DNA of 64,000 bases. It comes from a virus. The notes beneath the pieces were generated by a model. The model ran no database searches. It saw nothing but the letters and a program-made list of their open reading frames with translations, and was not told the origin of the DNA. The DNA lies in IMG/VR virus record IMGVR_UViG_3300045988_083782; one strand, given 5' to 3'. Shown here one piece after another: positions 8,487 through 18,122 of this stretch (the stretch's first letter is position 1; each line of letters opens with the position of its first letter). Both the position numbers and the translations under genes were made by a program.

Positions 8487-10622
8487 TTAAAATAACGATA
8501 ACTGTCTTGGTTTTAAATCTTCGATTATCTTATAGCATTCTCTTAAATAATATCTATAATTAATCTTACGATCTTCTATTGGTTTATCATCGAACATATT
8601 TAGTAGAGTAACACCAGATGCCGTAAGCATATTCTGATACTGTTTAGTATCAGGTACTAAAGGTGGATTATACGGATCTTTACCTTCTTGAATTAAACTC
8701 CAATATGCCATATCTGATAATTCGCTTGGATTCCAAGCATAGTGTTCTCCTATTCCTTTCCATTTCCATAAATATGCACCATCTGTAGATGCATAGAAAC
8801 GATTCGTTCGCTGTATTTCTTGATTCATGTATTCAACATGCCACTGTTTACCAGTCTTTTCAGACATCAAGAATTTCTTAATATCTGTGCAACCTTTAAC
8901 AGTGTCTTCAACAGGAATTCCATCTACAAAATACTTTATAATAGCTTCAGGTATGATTTTAGGTGATAAACCCTTACCTAGTAATACTTCGGTAATAAAC
9001 ATTCCTTTAGTTTTTATATAGTCTTTGCGAATTTCATCCATATTTCTGTATGTTTCTCCTTTTGCATTCGTAGCTCCATACTTAATATGATCTCCTGTTT
9101 TAGGATCCATTACTGCTGTAAAATCTCTGAATTCATGCTTTTTCTTAGCATAACCTTCTTTTACTGCAATATAGTCATTGATCGCATATTGATACATAGC
9201 CTCAAAACGATCTTCTTCTAATGTTAGTTTAGTTAATTGTTCCCACTCTCTACATACGATGTTTACTTTATCATATACAGATTTCTTAAGTAAGACAAAT
9301 AAACCATCAGTATTTGCTTGTACTATTCGGCACCCTAGCTCTACTAATTTCTCTGCTAACATTAATAACAATAACTGTCCATTAATACGTATTTGCATTA
9401 CTGCAAATGGACTATAACAGAAGTTATGTTCATTTTGAAGATTACCACTCAAACCATTAAGTGCTAACTTCAATGTACTATCTTTAATTTTATCTCCGTT
9501 ATGTTTAGCTTCTATTCTTTCAGATCTAATCTGAGAATATACTTCTAAGAATTCTGGACCTAAATGTTTAGGATAAAATCCATATTCTATCAACATACTT
9601 GGATATAGTGACGCTACGTCAATATCGATAAGCATTTCATCTTCTGCTGGAATTATTATTTCAGGATCATTCTTAGAATGAATCCCACCAACTCCAACAG
9701 TATATCTCAATCCACCAAATACAAAGTTCTTTTCATAACCTTTTCTGCCAGGAGAAACTACTTGAGTTTTCATTTCATCTAGTATAGATTTAAGTATAGG
9801 ACTATCGTATTTAATAAAAGGTAATATAACATCTTTCAGTGGTATATAGGCTTGAGGAGATCTTAAGTCTTTAATATCCCACCATGTTAAGCCTGTCTTT
9901 TCAAGATATTTGTGAGTTAGAATTTTCATTCCAATATTCACTCCATCTTTACTAAGAACTTTTACACCATACTCGTCTTCAATAGCTAATCGCAAATCAA
10001 TATCTTTCTTACACCTATCAAGTAATGCAGAAGTAGATTCAATATCATTGATATTATAATCTATCATACTGTCAAAATCTTCAATAGGCAAAGGCTTACT
10101 CCAATCACATACAAATTCCTGTACATTCTTGTATTGCATAGTAACCTGAATTTCTTTCAAGCCTACTCTAAGTTTATTAGAGTAAAGCATAGTGAGAATA
10201 TCAAAGCTATCAAACCATACTTGATATTTCCATCTTTTCCATTTTTCTATATTCTCTCCAGAGTTGGTAATCTCTCTACTTAGATTGAATATAGAATTAG
10301 TAATTACAGGTACAGGATTTTCAGCAAGTACATGTTCATACTCTATAATGTAATTGATGACAGGATTATCATAATGTAAATTGTTATAACCGCAGAATAT
10401 TTTATCTGAGTCGATACTACAATTCGTAGTATAGTTATCATTCCATGAAACAGGCAAATTTACTTGTTTAAAGAACGATATAAGTTCAGATAACTGATTT
10501 TTACGAGGAGATATTTCAAACTTATGTATTTCTTTTGTTTCTGTATTAATAGCAGAACAATGAAAGATATTTTGAAATACTTCGATATCATATACAAATA
10601 CGGTTTTACCTCTGATTTGCAT
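8487..10622 (-). CDS. polB: family B DNA polymerase
   Basis: 711-aa ORF. Exonuclease motifs are VYDIEVF, YNNLHYDNPV and YNINDIES. Polymerase motifs are DVASLYPS, KLALNGLSGN and QANTDGLFV. Confidence 0.85.
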   Translation of the reverse strand: MQIRGKTVFVYDIEVFQNIFHCSAINTETKEIHKFEISPRKNQLSELISFFKQVNLPVSWNDNYTTNCSIDSDKIFCGYNNLHYDNPVINYIIEYEHVLAENPVPVITNSIFNLSREITNSGENIEKWKRWKYQVWFDSFDILTMLYSNKLRVGLKEIQVTMQYKNVQEFVCDWSKPLPIEDFDSMIDYNINDIESTSALLDRCKKDIDLRLAIEDEYGVKVLSKDGVNIGMKILTHKYLEKTGLTWWDIKDLRSPQAYIPLKDVILPFIKYDSPILKSILDEMKTQVVSPGRKGYEKNFVFGGLRYTVGVGGIHSKNDPEIIIPAEDEMLIDIDVASLYPSMLIEYGFYPKHLGPEFLEVYSQIRSERIEAKHNGDKIKDSTLKLALNGLSGNLQNEHNFCYSPFAVMQIRINGQLLLLMLAEKLVELGCRIVQANTDGLFVLLKKSVYDKVNIVCREWEQLTKLTLEEDRFEAMYQYAINDYIAVKEGYAKKKHEFRDFTAVMDPKTGDHIKYGATNAKGETYRNMDEIRKDYIKTKGMFITEVLLGKGLSPKIIPEAIIKYFVDGIPVEDTVKGCTDIKKFLMSEKTGKQWHVEYMNQEIQRTNRFYASTDGAYLWKWKGIGEHYAWNPSELSDMAYWSLIQEGKDPYNPPLVPDTKQYQNMLTASGVTLLNMFDDKPIEDRKINYRYYLRECYKIIEDLKPRQLSLF

Positions 10623-10643
10623 ATAAATTAAAGATTAGTTTAG

Positions 10644-10756
10644 ATCCCGTAGAAGGATTCGAACCTTCGTCTTAAACCTTATTAGCTCAGTCGGATTTTA
10701 CAAAGACTACTACCTTGCTATACAGCTATATATGTCTAGCAGCTAAGTGTACGGGA
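10644..10756 (-). ncRNA. elongated tRNA-like RNA 2 (113 nt)
   Basis: On the minus strand the acceptor TCCCGTA/TACGGGA pairs 7 of 7 and the T-arm is GAAGG-TTCGAAT-CCTTC. A second closing helix CTTAG/TTTAAG encloses an insert of about 80 nt. I found no canonical anticodon arm. Confidence 0.4.
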
Positions 10757-10803
10757 AACATCTCGTTTTTCCTAGAACGAGAAAACTACGTCTAAAGATA
10801 AAT

Positions 10804-11022
10804 TTATGAAGTTTGTAATTCTAGTAGAAATAAATCTATCCTAGAATCATCATAGTAACAATCATACTTTGTGTTTCGTAGATTGTTTGTGGCATCTGGG
10901 TACAAGCGATATGCTTCTGCAAATACTGCTTGCCCTAATCGTACTTGTCCATTTACTTTTATGGACTTCTCTGCATTCCTTTTAATCATAATGCAGTCAA
11001 CTTGATCTGGATTACGCGGCAT
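10804..11022 (-). CDS. hypothetical protein
   Basis: 72-aa ORF overlapping the stop of the upstream gene. Confidence 0.35.
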   Translation of the reverse strand: MPRNPDQVDCIMIKRNAEKSIKVNGQVRLGQAVFAEAYRLYPDATNNLRNTKYDCYYDDSRIDLFLLELQTS

Positions 11023-11626
11023 GTTTATATATATAATAACGTGGATAATCTTTCTTTATACCTTCTTGTGTATATATACGAATACTTGCAAAGTCTTCCC
11101 ATTTCTGTTCTAACTTGTCACGAAGTCCCTCTCCGATACGTCTAAGTTCCTCTACGCTCTTATTACTAGGGTTACTACTAAAAGCATACGGAAGCTTATT
11201 GCGATCTAATCGGTATACTACTAACCAATTAGTCTTTTCCTTCTTCTTTCGGGACTCTTGCGTCTTTTTAAAGCGAAAATCCTTCTGTTGCTCAATGATC
11301 TCCTTGATTCGTTTTTCATGAAGTGCGCGAGCAGTTTGTTGTTTAAGCAATCGGTTTTCCTTACCGTATACTTGTGCAACTAGTAAATTGTGTTTATTAC
11401 TAAACGGCAATTTTTCATAACGTTCTGACTTCGGAGCCTTCTTAGTAAGCTCTTTCTTTACTGGTGTCGTAAACGTTAGTTCATCAAGTACTGGATGACG
11501 AAGCATATAATGACGATTATTACTATCTCTCACTTTTTGTTCCTGATTAGCTTTCTTACTTGCTAAACCTTGTTCTGTCCAATAATTGATATATGTATTA
11601 TTCTTCACTTGAAATGTTTTATTCAT
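11012..11626 (-). CDS. hypothetical basic protein
   Basis: 204-aa ORF preceded by the conserved start-proximal motif. Confidence 0.5.
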   Translation of the reverse strand: MNKTFQVKNNTYINYWTEQGLASKKANQEQKVRDSNNRHYMLRHPVLDELTFTTPVKKELTKKAPKSERYEKLPFSNKHNLLVAQVYGKENRLLKQQTARALHEKRIKEIIEQQKDFRFKKTQESRKKKEKTNWLVVYRLDRNKLPYAFSSNPSNKSVEELRRIGEGLRDKLEQKWEDFASIRIYTQEGIKKDYPRYYIYKHAA

Positions 11627-11655
11627 TTTTTGATAAATTTAAATAGTTTGTAATA
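11627..11655 (-). promoter_or_regulatory. conserved start-proximal motif (TTTAAA..TTATCAAA-ATG family)
   Basis: The sense strand reads TATTACAAACTATTTAAATTTATCAAAAA immediately before the ATG. Confidence 0.45.
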
Positions 11656-11698
11656 AGTTTGTTAAGGGCGATTTCTCGCCCTTTTTTGTAATTGCTAC

Positions 11699-12205
11699 TT
11701 ATGCAGCAAGGCACATTGGTGCCTCGGAGAGATCAACCTCCATCTTACTATTGAACTCTTTAACTTTCTTATCGAGTTCGTTGATCACTAACTGACATTC
11801 AGCCTGACGGGCTTTGATGTAGTTGTGCGTTAACACTTCTGTTACCGGCAGTTTACGTTTCCCTTTCTTAGCCTTCTGAGTTGGATTGATAGTATTTACA
11901 AATCCAAGACGAACGCTATATTCTTTCATGGCAGATAGACGATAGATATTAACTACATTAGCATCCGGAGATAACTCCTTCAGTTTCATCCCCATATTTA
12001 CACATTGGATACGTAGTTTAACTATTACCTGCTCTTCATAAAGCTCTTTGATTTTCTCAAGTAGGTTTTTCATATCGTAATTACGACTGAACCCTTTCTT
12101 GATTACATTCTCAGTATTTATGATACGCCAATATTTGTTTATATCAGCAGTTAATTGGTCACGTTTTGCTATTAAATAGTCTACTTTTACTATATTGTTA
12201 TTCAT
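11699..12205 (-). CDS. hypothetical protein
   Basis: 168-aa ORF. Confidence 0.5.
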   Translation of the reverse strand: MNNNIVKVDYLIAKRDQLTADINKYWRIINTENVIKKGFSRNYDMKNLLEKIKELYEEQVIVKLRIQCVNMGMKLKELSPDANVVNIYRLSAMKEYSVRLGFVNTINPTQKAKKGKRKLPVTEVLTHNYIKARQAECQLVINELDKKVKEFNSKMEVDLSEAPMCLAA

Positions 12206-12594
12206 TTGATTTCTTTTATATTTAGTTGATACTTATGTTGATTAAATATACTAGAAACCGTCACCTGTTGTGCTCGCATCTAAATCGATCTAGCAGCACA
12301 CTTCTTCTTCTCGTGGCTTTCCTTATTATACGTCAGTTACGGCGTACGTATTGCGAGCGTGTAGAAAGTAAATTTAAGAAGCCTCGACCCATCGTCTTGA
12401 GGCTCTTAAAATTTACAGAATTTGTGCTTTATCTTTGTTACTCTGTATTTCATATACTTCATACATCATCCATATACTTCTTACTTTGTTACTTAGATAT
12501 TGCAGAAATTTTGTTCAATTTTAAGTGTATAATAAAGCGTTACATCTGCTTAACGCTTAAAACTTGAACGAATTGTTGTTTTAGATTGTAGATA

Positions 12595-13131
12595 CTACTT
12601 TTCCTCGATATAAAGATCTACTGGAATACATCCTCCACCTAGATCAATTCCGATTGTAGTCTTACCTACTCTCCGGTAATTTGTCCCTTGGTCTTTACAG
12701 CTATTGTTGTCAGGTTGCCGTAATTCACCTCCACGTTTGAGTTTATATTCGCCTTCCGTTACACCTAGAATAGCGTTTAAAAACAATCTGTCCACGACGT
12801 AATCATAGTTCTTACTGTCAATAGCATGATCTACAATCTCGTCCTTAATTGCATCCCGGAATCTACTCGAAGCCGGTGTATACCGAGCAAGTGCATCTCT
12901 AATAAGAAACGCTAGATCCGAAAATGACATAGTTCTTTTATGACCATAGCGGAAAAGCCATGCCCACCAAGTATCTGGAACAGATCTGAAAGTTGTCGAC
13001 CCATCATCTTTGATAACTACAGATGCTGCTTTTTCTCCATTTACAAGAACTAATTCACCAATGCGCGGATCCTCTAAGAGTAATCGAAGTAGTTTTTTAC
13101 GGGATTCAGAAATTAACTGTACTCCTTTCAT
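12595..13131 (-). CDS. hypothetical protein (terminates at TAG)
   Basis: 178-aa ORF whose stop is TAG (rc of 12595-12597). The next in-frame stop is TAA at 12550-12552. Confidence 0.5.
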   Translation of the reverse strand: MKGVQLISESRKKLLRLLLEDPRIGELVLVNGEKAASVVIKDDGSTTFRSVPDTWWAWLFRYGHKRTMSFSDLAFLIRDALARYTPASSRFRDAIKDEIVDHAIDSKNYDYVVDRLFLNAILGVTEGEYKLKRGGELRQPDNNSCKDQGTNYRRVGKTTIGIDLGGGCIPVDLYIEEK

Positions 13132-13138
13132 AGCCTAC

Positions 13139-13675
13139 TTACTCCTTCAATCCGAGTGACCGGTAATATTCGTCGTTGTTCGTTACAAGAATTTTGTTGA
13201 TGTCGTCATAAGCCGAAGACCAGCCAACAATCTCTTCCAAGAGATCATCTGCTTTCTTCTTCTCGATCTTGTTCAGCTTAGTAACAACATCAGTCAGGCG
13301 ATTGAGATCCCGGAAGAACGTAGTTTCCTTGGTATCTTCCATTTTCTTAATAGCAGCCGTAACGGTTTCCATAGATACTTCTTTAAACTCACACGGAGCA
13401 AGCGGGAACTGCAAGGTAGTATCACCATTCAGAGTAATAACCATACCGTTTTCATCCGGAAGTGGATCGAGTTTAGCAGAAGTAATGTCAATCATTTTGA
13501 TTGAATATTTCCGTAAGGGCTTAGTAAGCCGTAAGAGACCTTCACGTACTTTGTCATTGTGACTCAGGTCCATATTGTCAGCTTCGATGCAACACAAAGT
13601 TTGACCAATAAGATTCCAAGTAGCCAGAATAGCCCGGTACTTGTTCATGTCGAAATTAGAATTGTTAGTTGCCAT
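13139..13675 (-). CDS. hypothetical protein
   Basis: I chose the start at MATNNSNFD (13675). The track ORF extends to 13753. Confidence 0.5.
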   Translation of the reverse strand: MATNNSNFDMNKYRAILATWNLIGQTLCCIEADNMDLSHNDKVREGLLRLTKPLRKYSIKMIDITSAKLDPLPDENGMVITLNGDTTLQFPLAPCEFKEVSMETVTAAIKKMEDTKETTFFRDLNRLTDVVTKLNKIEKKKADDLLEEIVGWSSAYDDINKILVTNNDEYYRSLGLKE

Positions 13676-13753
13676 AATTTTTTGTTCCTTTCTTGATTTA
13701 TACCCTTTTTGATGGGGTGGATTAATAACTAGTTTTACTTTTAAAATTCGCAT

Positions 13754-15763
13754 GTTACTCTTTTCTCTTCAATTCAGTTAGTCTGCTCAGTCTCTTAGAG
13801 CCGCTTTAAAAAAGCTATGAAAGTAGACAGATGGAATTGGTCAATTCAATGACTTAGAGTAACACTACGCATCCAAAATCTGTAAATGTTTGATAATTTT
13901 GGTAATTTCTATTGCCGTAAAAATATCGAAAACAAAAATAAGATATGTAATGTCACTGTATAATAGCTGTGACACATGCCCGGATCAGACCTTCTTTTTA
14001 CTGTAGCTGATCAATCAATACGAAACAGTTTTTTGTGCCTAGTTCATATCACTATTAGATGCAATATAAACAACTTATCATCAATTCAACGAATCTCCAA
14101 GTATATTAGCATTACAACAATCTAAGCGATTGAGGGACTTTTTATCTAAAAGTTGCAAAACTCACAAGCTGTCCGATTTTTCAGGACACCCACTTGACCT
14201 TATCAGGGATTCTTTATTTATAGTACTCGAATACTTAGGATTTCCACCTAATCAGCCTTAATGGAGGCCTCAGCGTTCTCTTACATATAATGTTGCGCAT
14301 TATACTTTACGAGTTTCTTATGTCAGCGTAACGGTTGGTACTCAAAGAGTAAGGAATTACTCAAATTAGTTCTTTACAAATTCATCTATACTCGTAAGTA
14401 TAAACTTCATGCAGGTGATTTACTAACAATACTCTTTAATGCTTTAAGTTAAACATGTTCATTCTCTCCTTATTTGGTATAGCTGTTCGTTTCAGCGTAG
14501 GCACTCTCCAACGAGTTCTTACAATCCTTATGTTACCTCACATACAGGAACGCTCGTCAGGGCAATACACAGAATTGCTTCTGCTTCGTGTCGGCCCCTT
14601 ATGATCTCTTGCTTCGCTTCATACTGGATGTATGCGCTGCTCACTTGAGAAAACTTAGTTAAAGATACTTTGCTTACTTTGTCTGAAATTCATACGTAGT
14701 TCCAGTCCTACGGTCTCGCATTTCCTCTTACAAATATAATCCTTATACTAATCAGATTATACACAATTCAGACTTATTGCGGCCTCAAATCGCAAGTTAA
14801 GATTATATCCCTGTTGCAAAGCACTCTAGGGTTTTATAGTGACATCACTTAACATAGTCACTCTTTGCAGTTAAATACTTCAAATCACTTTGCCCTAATG
14901 GACAATACAGTGTTGCAACTGTAAGTATGAGCTGTAGACACGCAATTTACTTCTCAGACGCTAACTCTAGGTTCACATCATTACGTATAGGTTTGGCACC
15001 TAATCCGGGTAACCTGTCATACACACTATCTAACAACGATAGTCTTGCATATGGGCCATAGCCACTCAGCCATGTCAATTTCTAGTGCTAATTTAACTTC
15101 AAAAATTCTACCTTCAGATGTATTACTTTAAATCTACCTTGTAGACTCACTTCCAATTAAATGATTTCAATCCAACGAGGTGCTATTACTCCTCTTATTA
15201 AACTATATAGACAGTATAGTCTAATATTTCATTAGTCAACGTGATAATACAGAAACACTGTAGTAGTATATGCTTTATGCTCTTACACCTAAGTAAGTGG
15301 GCAAAGGAGGGTTTGGAGCCAATCCTTAGAACGTTAGTCAGTTCATGATTACAAACATCTTTTTTTGTGACCACTCGTGTTATCGTTCCTTCTTGATTTC
15401 ATCTTTGAGTTGATCCACGAACGATTACGGAAGTTAACGATACTCCCTGCTTTGTTTAGTCTCTGCAATCTGCTCACTGCATATCACTGCGTCTTCAGTC
15501 ACCAATCCGGTTCTCACTATGGGTTATGCACGCTCTCCCATTTTCCTATTATATTCTTCATGTAGATAAGTAATCAATCTACTATAATAGGTTATCATAC
15601 TATAGTTATAACTTGTAGTGGTAGCTACTTATTAAACATTTCAGTATCATGTATTACTTATAATCTATCTGCAACTGATCAGGTCTAAACAGAATGTCGT
15701 AGCATTTACGATGCCCTTCGAATGTAATTCTATAGCTCTTATATACCGCTTAATTACTCTCTA
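13754..15763. other. 2-kb ORF-free block, probable structured non-coding RNA or regulatory region
   Basis: Only one ORF of 60 aa or more (15377-15565) occurs in any frame. A 180-nt sample on the minus strand has TAA and TGA as well as TAG in all three frames. Composition is less AT-rich than typical spacers, and many short hairpins are present. Confidence 0.6.
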
Positions 15764-16150
15764 TTAGCGGTCGCCGTTTCTCTTCGGGCTAAGATTTAAT
15801 CCAAGTTGTGGATTAGGAAGCGGCATAAGCCGATTAAGCAATTTTGTTGTCTTAATAGTATTTTCTACATAAACCTCCTTTTCTACTTCTTTTGTTATAT
15901 ACTCTAGACGTGTCTCAACATCTTTTGTTATGGTCACAGTAGCATCTGCGGATGTTTCTCCTACAGTTACTTTGTCAGTTCTGAGATCAATATTCAGAGC
16001 TAGGTTCTTTCCATTGTTAGGTACGTCTACCACACGAGGAATAACCATTTCTCCGGCTTGAACTGCCTGACTTGGGGTAAATGGATCATATCCAATAAAC
16101 CCTCCGAAAATTACTGCAAATGCAGCAATTGCCAAATTTCTGAGCTTCAT
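15764..16150 (-). CDS. secreted or membrane-anchored protein
   Basis: 128-aa ORF with an N-terminal signal/anchor sequence MKLRNLAIAAFAVIFGGFIG. Confidence 0.5.
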   Translation of the reverse strand: MKLRNLAIAAFAVIFGGFIGYDPFTPSQAVQAGEMVIPRVVDVPNNGKNLALNIDLRTDKVTVGETSADATVTITKDVETRLEYITKEVEKEVYVENTIKTTKLLNRLMPLPNPQLGLNLSPKRNGDR

Positions 16151-16161
16151 TGATTGATGCT

Positions 16162-17655
16162 TTATTCGGCATACGCGGATTTGTCAACGTAATTAGTAAG
16201 ACGATTAACCGGCGCGTTGTACAGTTTACTGATTTCTGCAATCTTGTCTTTCAGGATAGATTCAGAATCACCGTACGCAGCGGATAATTTCTTATAAACG
16301 TTGTCGCCATTGACGGTTTCAAAGGGCTTTTTGTCCTCGTCTACAATCTGGATTTTCTTTTCCTTCTTGAGAACACCGTCAAGAACGTTCTGCTGCAATC
16401 CCAACTTAATATTATGAGTTACGATTACTAAGTTATTAGCAACACCTGTTTCAGTTGCTGCAATGTCTAAACGTCCTTTAGCTTTTTCATTCCACGATGC
16501 ACATTGTTTTTCAACATGACGACTGATAAATACTTTTACCAGCTGTGAAATATTTTTATCATCTGCTGTAGGATTCCAAGCCTTCAACAGAGCATGAGGT
16601 GCAAGAACAGTATGCTCAGAATTGAGACTACCATACATTGCACTGGTTACGGCATCAAGTGCGCCGTTCCAGGAGCTACCAACTTTAAGCATAATGAATG
16701 CAAGAATCTGTGCCGGAAGAGAATCTTCCATGCTATAAGCTACACGACACCATTCAATTGCTTGGTTGATCTTTCCAAATACACTTTTGTTCGTAGTTGA
16801 CTGAACAAGAATTGCACGAAGGACCTTCTCCTTCTCTGATTCTTCCATATCCTTATTCGGTTCAGGAATTGCTGCTACCTCTGTACGGGCTCTAGCATCG
16901 GCTTTTGCAGCTTCCTTAACCTCTTTAGGAATGTTAGAACCAGTGAAGTCAATTACCATCTGCTGATCATTCTTTTTGTCAGGCAACGCTTTCAGTTCGA
17001 TACCCCACATAGCTTTAGCTTCCTCTTGCAAGGCGTTAAATACATCGCGGTTAACACGAACACCGAACGTTTGCATGTCTGCTTCTACCTGAGCTCCGTA
17101 CAAAAGGATTTCAGACATCAACAGACCACGATAGTACGTTTTAGCAGCTTTACGAGCGGGTTCGCTGAGAGTATCGTCTTTGACGAATTCATCTGCAAAC
17201 ATCTTCATCAACGTAATACCGCTATCATGACTAATGCGGTCATTGCCTCCGGCTTCTAACAGACCCTTACCAATGTCTACCGGTTTGTTTTTAGGATCCT
17301 CTACTTTGACTTCCGGAGCGGGGACTTCAACCTTTGTTTCCTCAGGTTTCACTTCCTCGGCTACAACAGTTTCAACTTTCTCAGCCTTCGGTTTGATATC
17401 AACCTTAGGCTTATCTTTTGCTGCGGCTTTTTCCTGTTTTTTATCTTTTGCTTTCTCAGCCTTCGGTTTCTCTATTTTCGGAGTTTCCGGAGCTGGAGTT
17501 GGTGCCGGCGTAGGAGCAGGCTCTTCTACAGGTTTTTCCACTTTAGTTTCTACTTTTGTAGTTTCTACTTTATTAGTAGGTTCAGCTGTTGCTACTTTAG
17601 TTGCATTTGCTTTCTTAGCAGCTAATGTTGCTGCTTTCTTTCTGTTCTTAGACAT
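16162..17655 (-). CDS. hypothetical protein with Lys/Pro/Glu-rich low-complexity N-terminus
   Basis: 497-aa ORF with PAPTPAPTPAPETPK and KVE repeats followed by a globular C-terminal part. It is preceded by the start-proximal motif. Confidence 0.6.
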   Translation of the reverse strand: MSKNRKKAATLAAKKANATKVATAEPTNKVETTKVETKVEKPVEEPAPTPAPTPAPETPKIEKPKAEKAKDKKQEKAAAKDKPKVDIKPKAEKVETVVAEEVKPEETKVEVPAPEVKVEDPKNKPVDIGKGLLEAGGNDRISHDSGITLMKMFADEFVKDDTLSEPARKAAKTYYRGLLMSEILLYGAQVEADMQTFGVRVNRDVFNALQEEAKAMWGIELKALPDKKNDQQMVIDFTGSNIPKEVKEAAKADARARTEVAAIPEPNKDMEESEKEKVLRAILVQSTTNKSVFGKINQAIEWCRVAYSMEDSLPAQILAFIMLKVGSSWNGALDAVTSAMYGSLNSEHTVLAPHALLKAWNPTADDKNISQLVKVFISRHVEKQCASWNEKAKGRLDIAATETGVANNLVIVTHNIKLGLQQNVLDGVLKKEKKIQIVDEDKKPFETVNGDNVYKKLSAAYGDSESILKDKIAEISKLYNAPVNRLTNYVDKSAYAE

Positions 17656-17682
17656 TTTGATAATGTTTTTTAAATTGTTAAT
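17656..17682 (-). promoter_or_regulatory. conserved start-proximal motif
   Basis: The sense strand reads ATTAACAATTTAAAAAACATTATCAAA immediately before the ATG. Confidence 0.5.
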
Positions 17683-17726
17683 TACTCTAGTTATTTAAAT
17701 GATGTTGCCCGTATTTATAAATACAT

Positions 17727-18122
17727 TCAACTATCATCTATATAACCACATTTTTCTCTCACTGTAGGTAATCCTTCTGTTTCAGCGATAGAGTTGTCAC
17801 TTTCTAATAATATAGGCTCCTGACTCACAGAGTCTTGTTCAGCTAATTCTGCATTCCATACAACGGATGTAGAATTACTCTGTGTGGGATGATTAGAAAT
17901 CTCTACTGCTACTACAGCTTTCTCAGGAGTTTCCATTAATTTCTTAATGTGTTTTACTCCTGCACCTACAACTAAGCCTAATACTAGTAACATAATAGCT
18001 CTAGTAAAGACTTTTGGGTCCTTCATGCACATCGCGATTACATAAAGAACGACTATTGCAAAGAGCAATAATCCAACTACATTTGCCATAATTTGTAAGT
18101 ATTGGTTATTTATAATCTTCAA
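17727..18122 (-). CDS. membrane protein, candidate anti-sigma partner
   Basis: 131-aa ORF with two hydrophobic helices. Its start overlaps the sigma-factor gene stop by 17 nt. Confidence 0.45.
   Translation of the reverse strand: MKIINNQYLQIMANVVGLLLFAIVVLYVIAMCMKDPKVFTRAIMLLVLGLVVGAGVKHIKKLMETPEKAVVAVEISNHPTQSNSTSVVWNAELAEQDSVSQEPILLESDNSIAETEGLPTVREKCGYIDDS

Noticed and set aside
12226-12567. 113-aa plus-strand ORF in a spacer of the minus-strand arm.
   Set aside because: The orientation is wrong for the arm and the hydrophobic low-complexity translation is unconvincing. There is no start context, and it overlaps the hairpins that follow the upstream gene.
13754-15763. Degenerate tRNA array, or a gene readable with TAG suppression, in the 2-kb gap.
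   Set aside because: I found no TTCGAAT-type T-arm motifs with flanking complementarity on either strand. In the 180-nt sample checked on the minus strand, TAA and TGA block all three frames.
17234-17698. 154-aa plus-strand ORF, plus others at 16594, 17026, 4128 and 4386.
   Set aside because: These are antisense to long, well-supported minus-strand genes. Their low-complexity Ser/Phe/Leu-rich translations mirror Lys/Glu/Pro-rich sense sequence.
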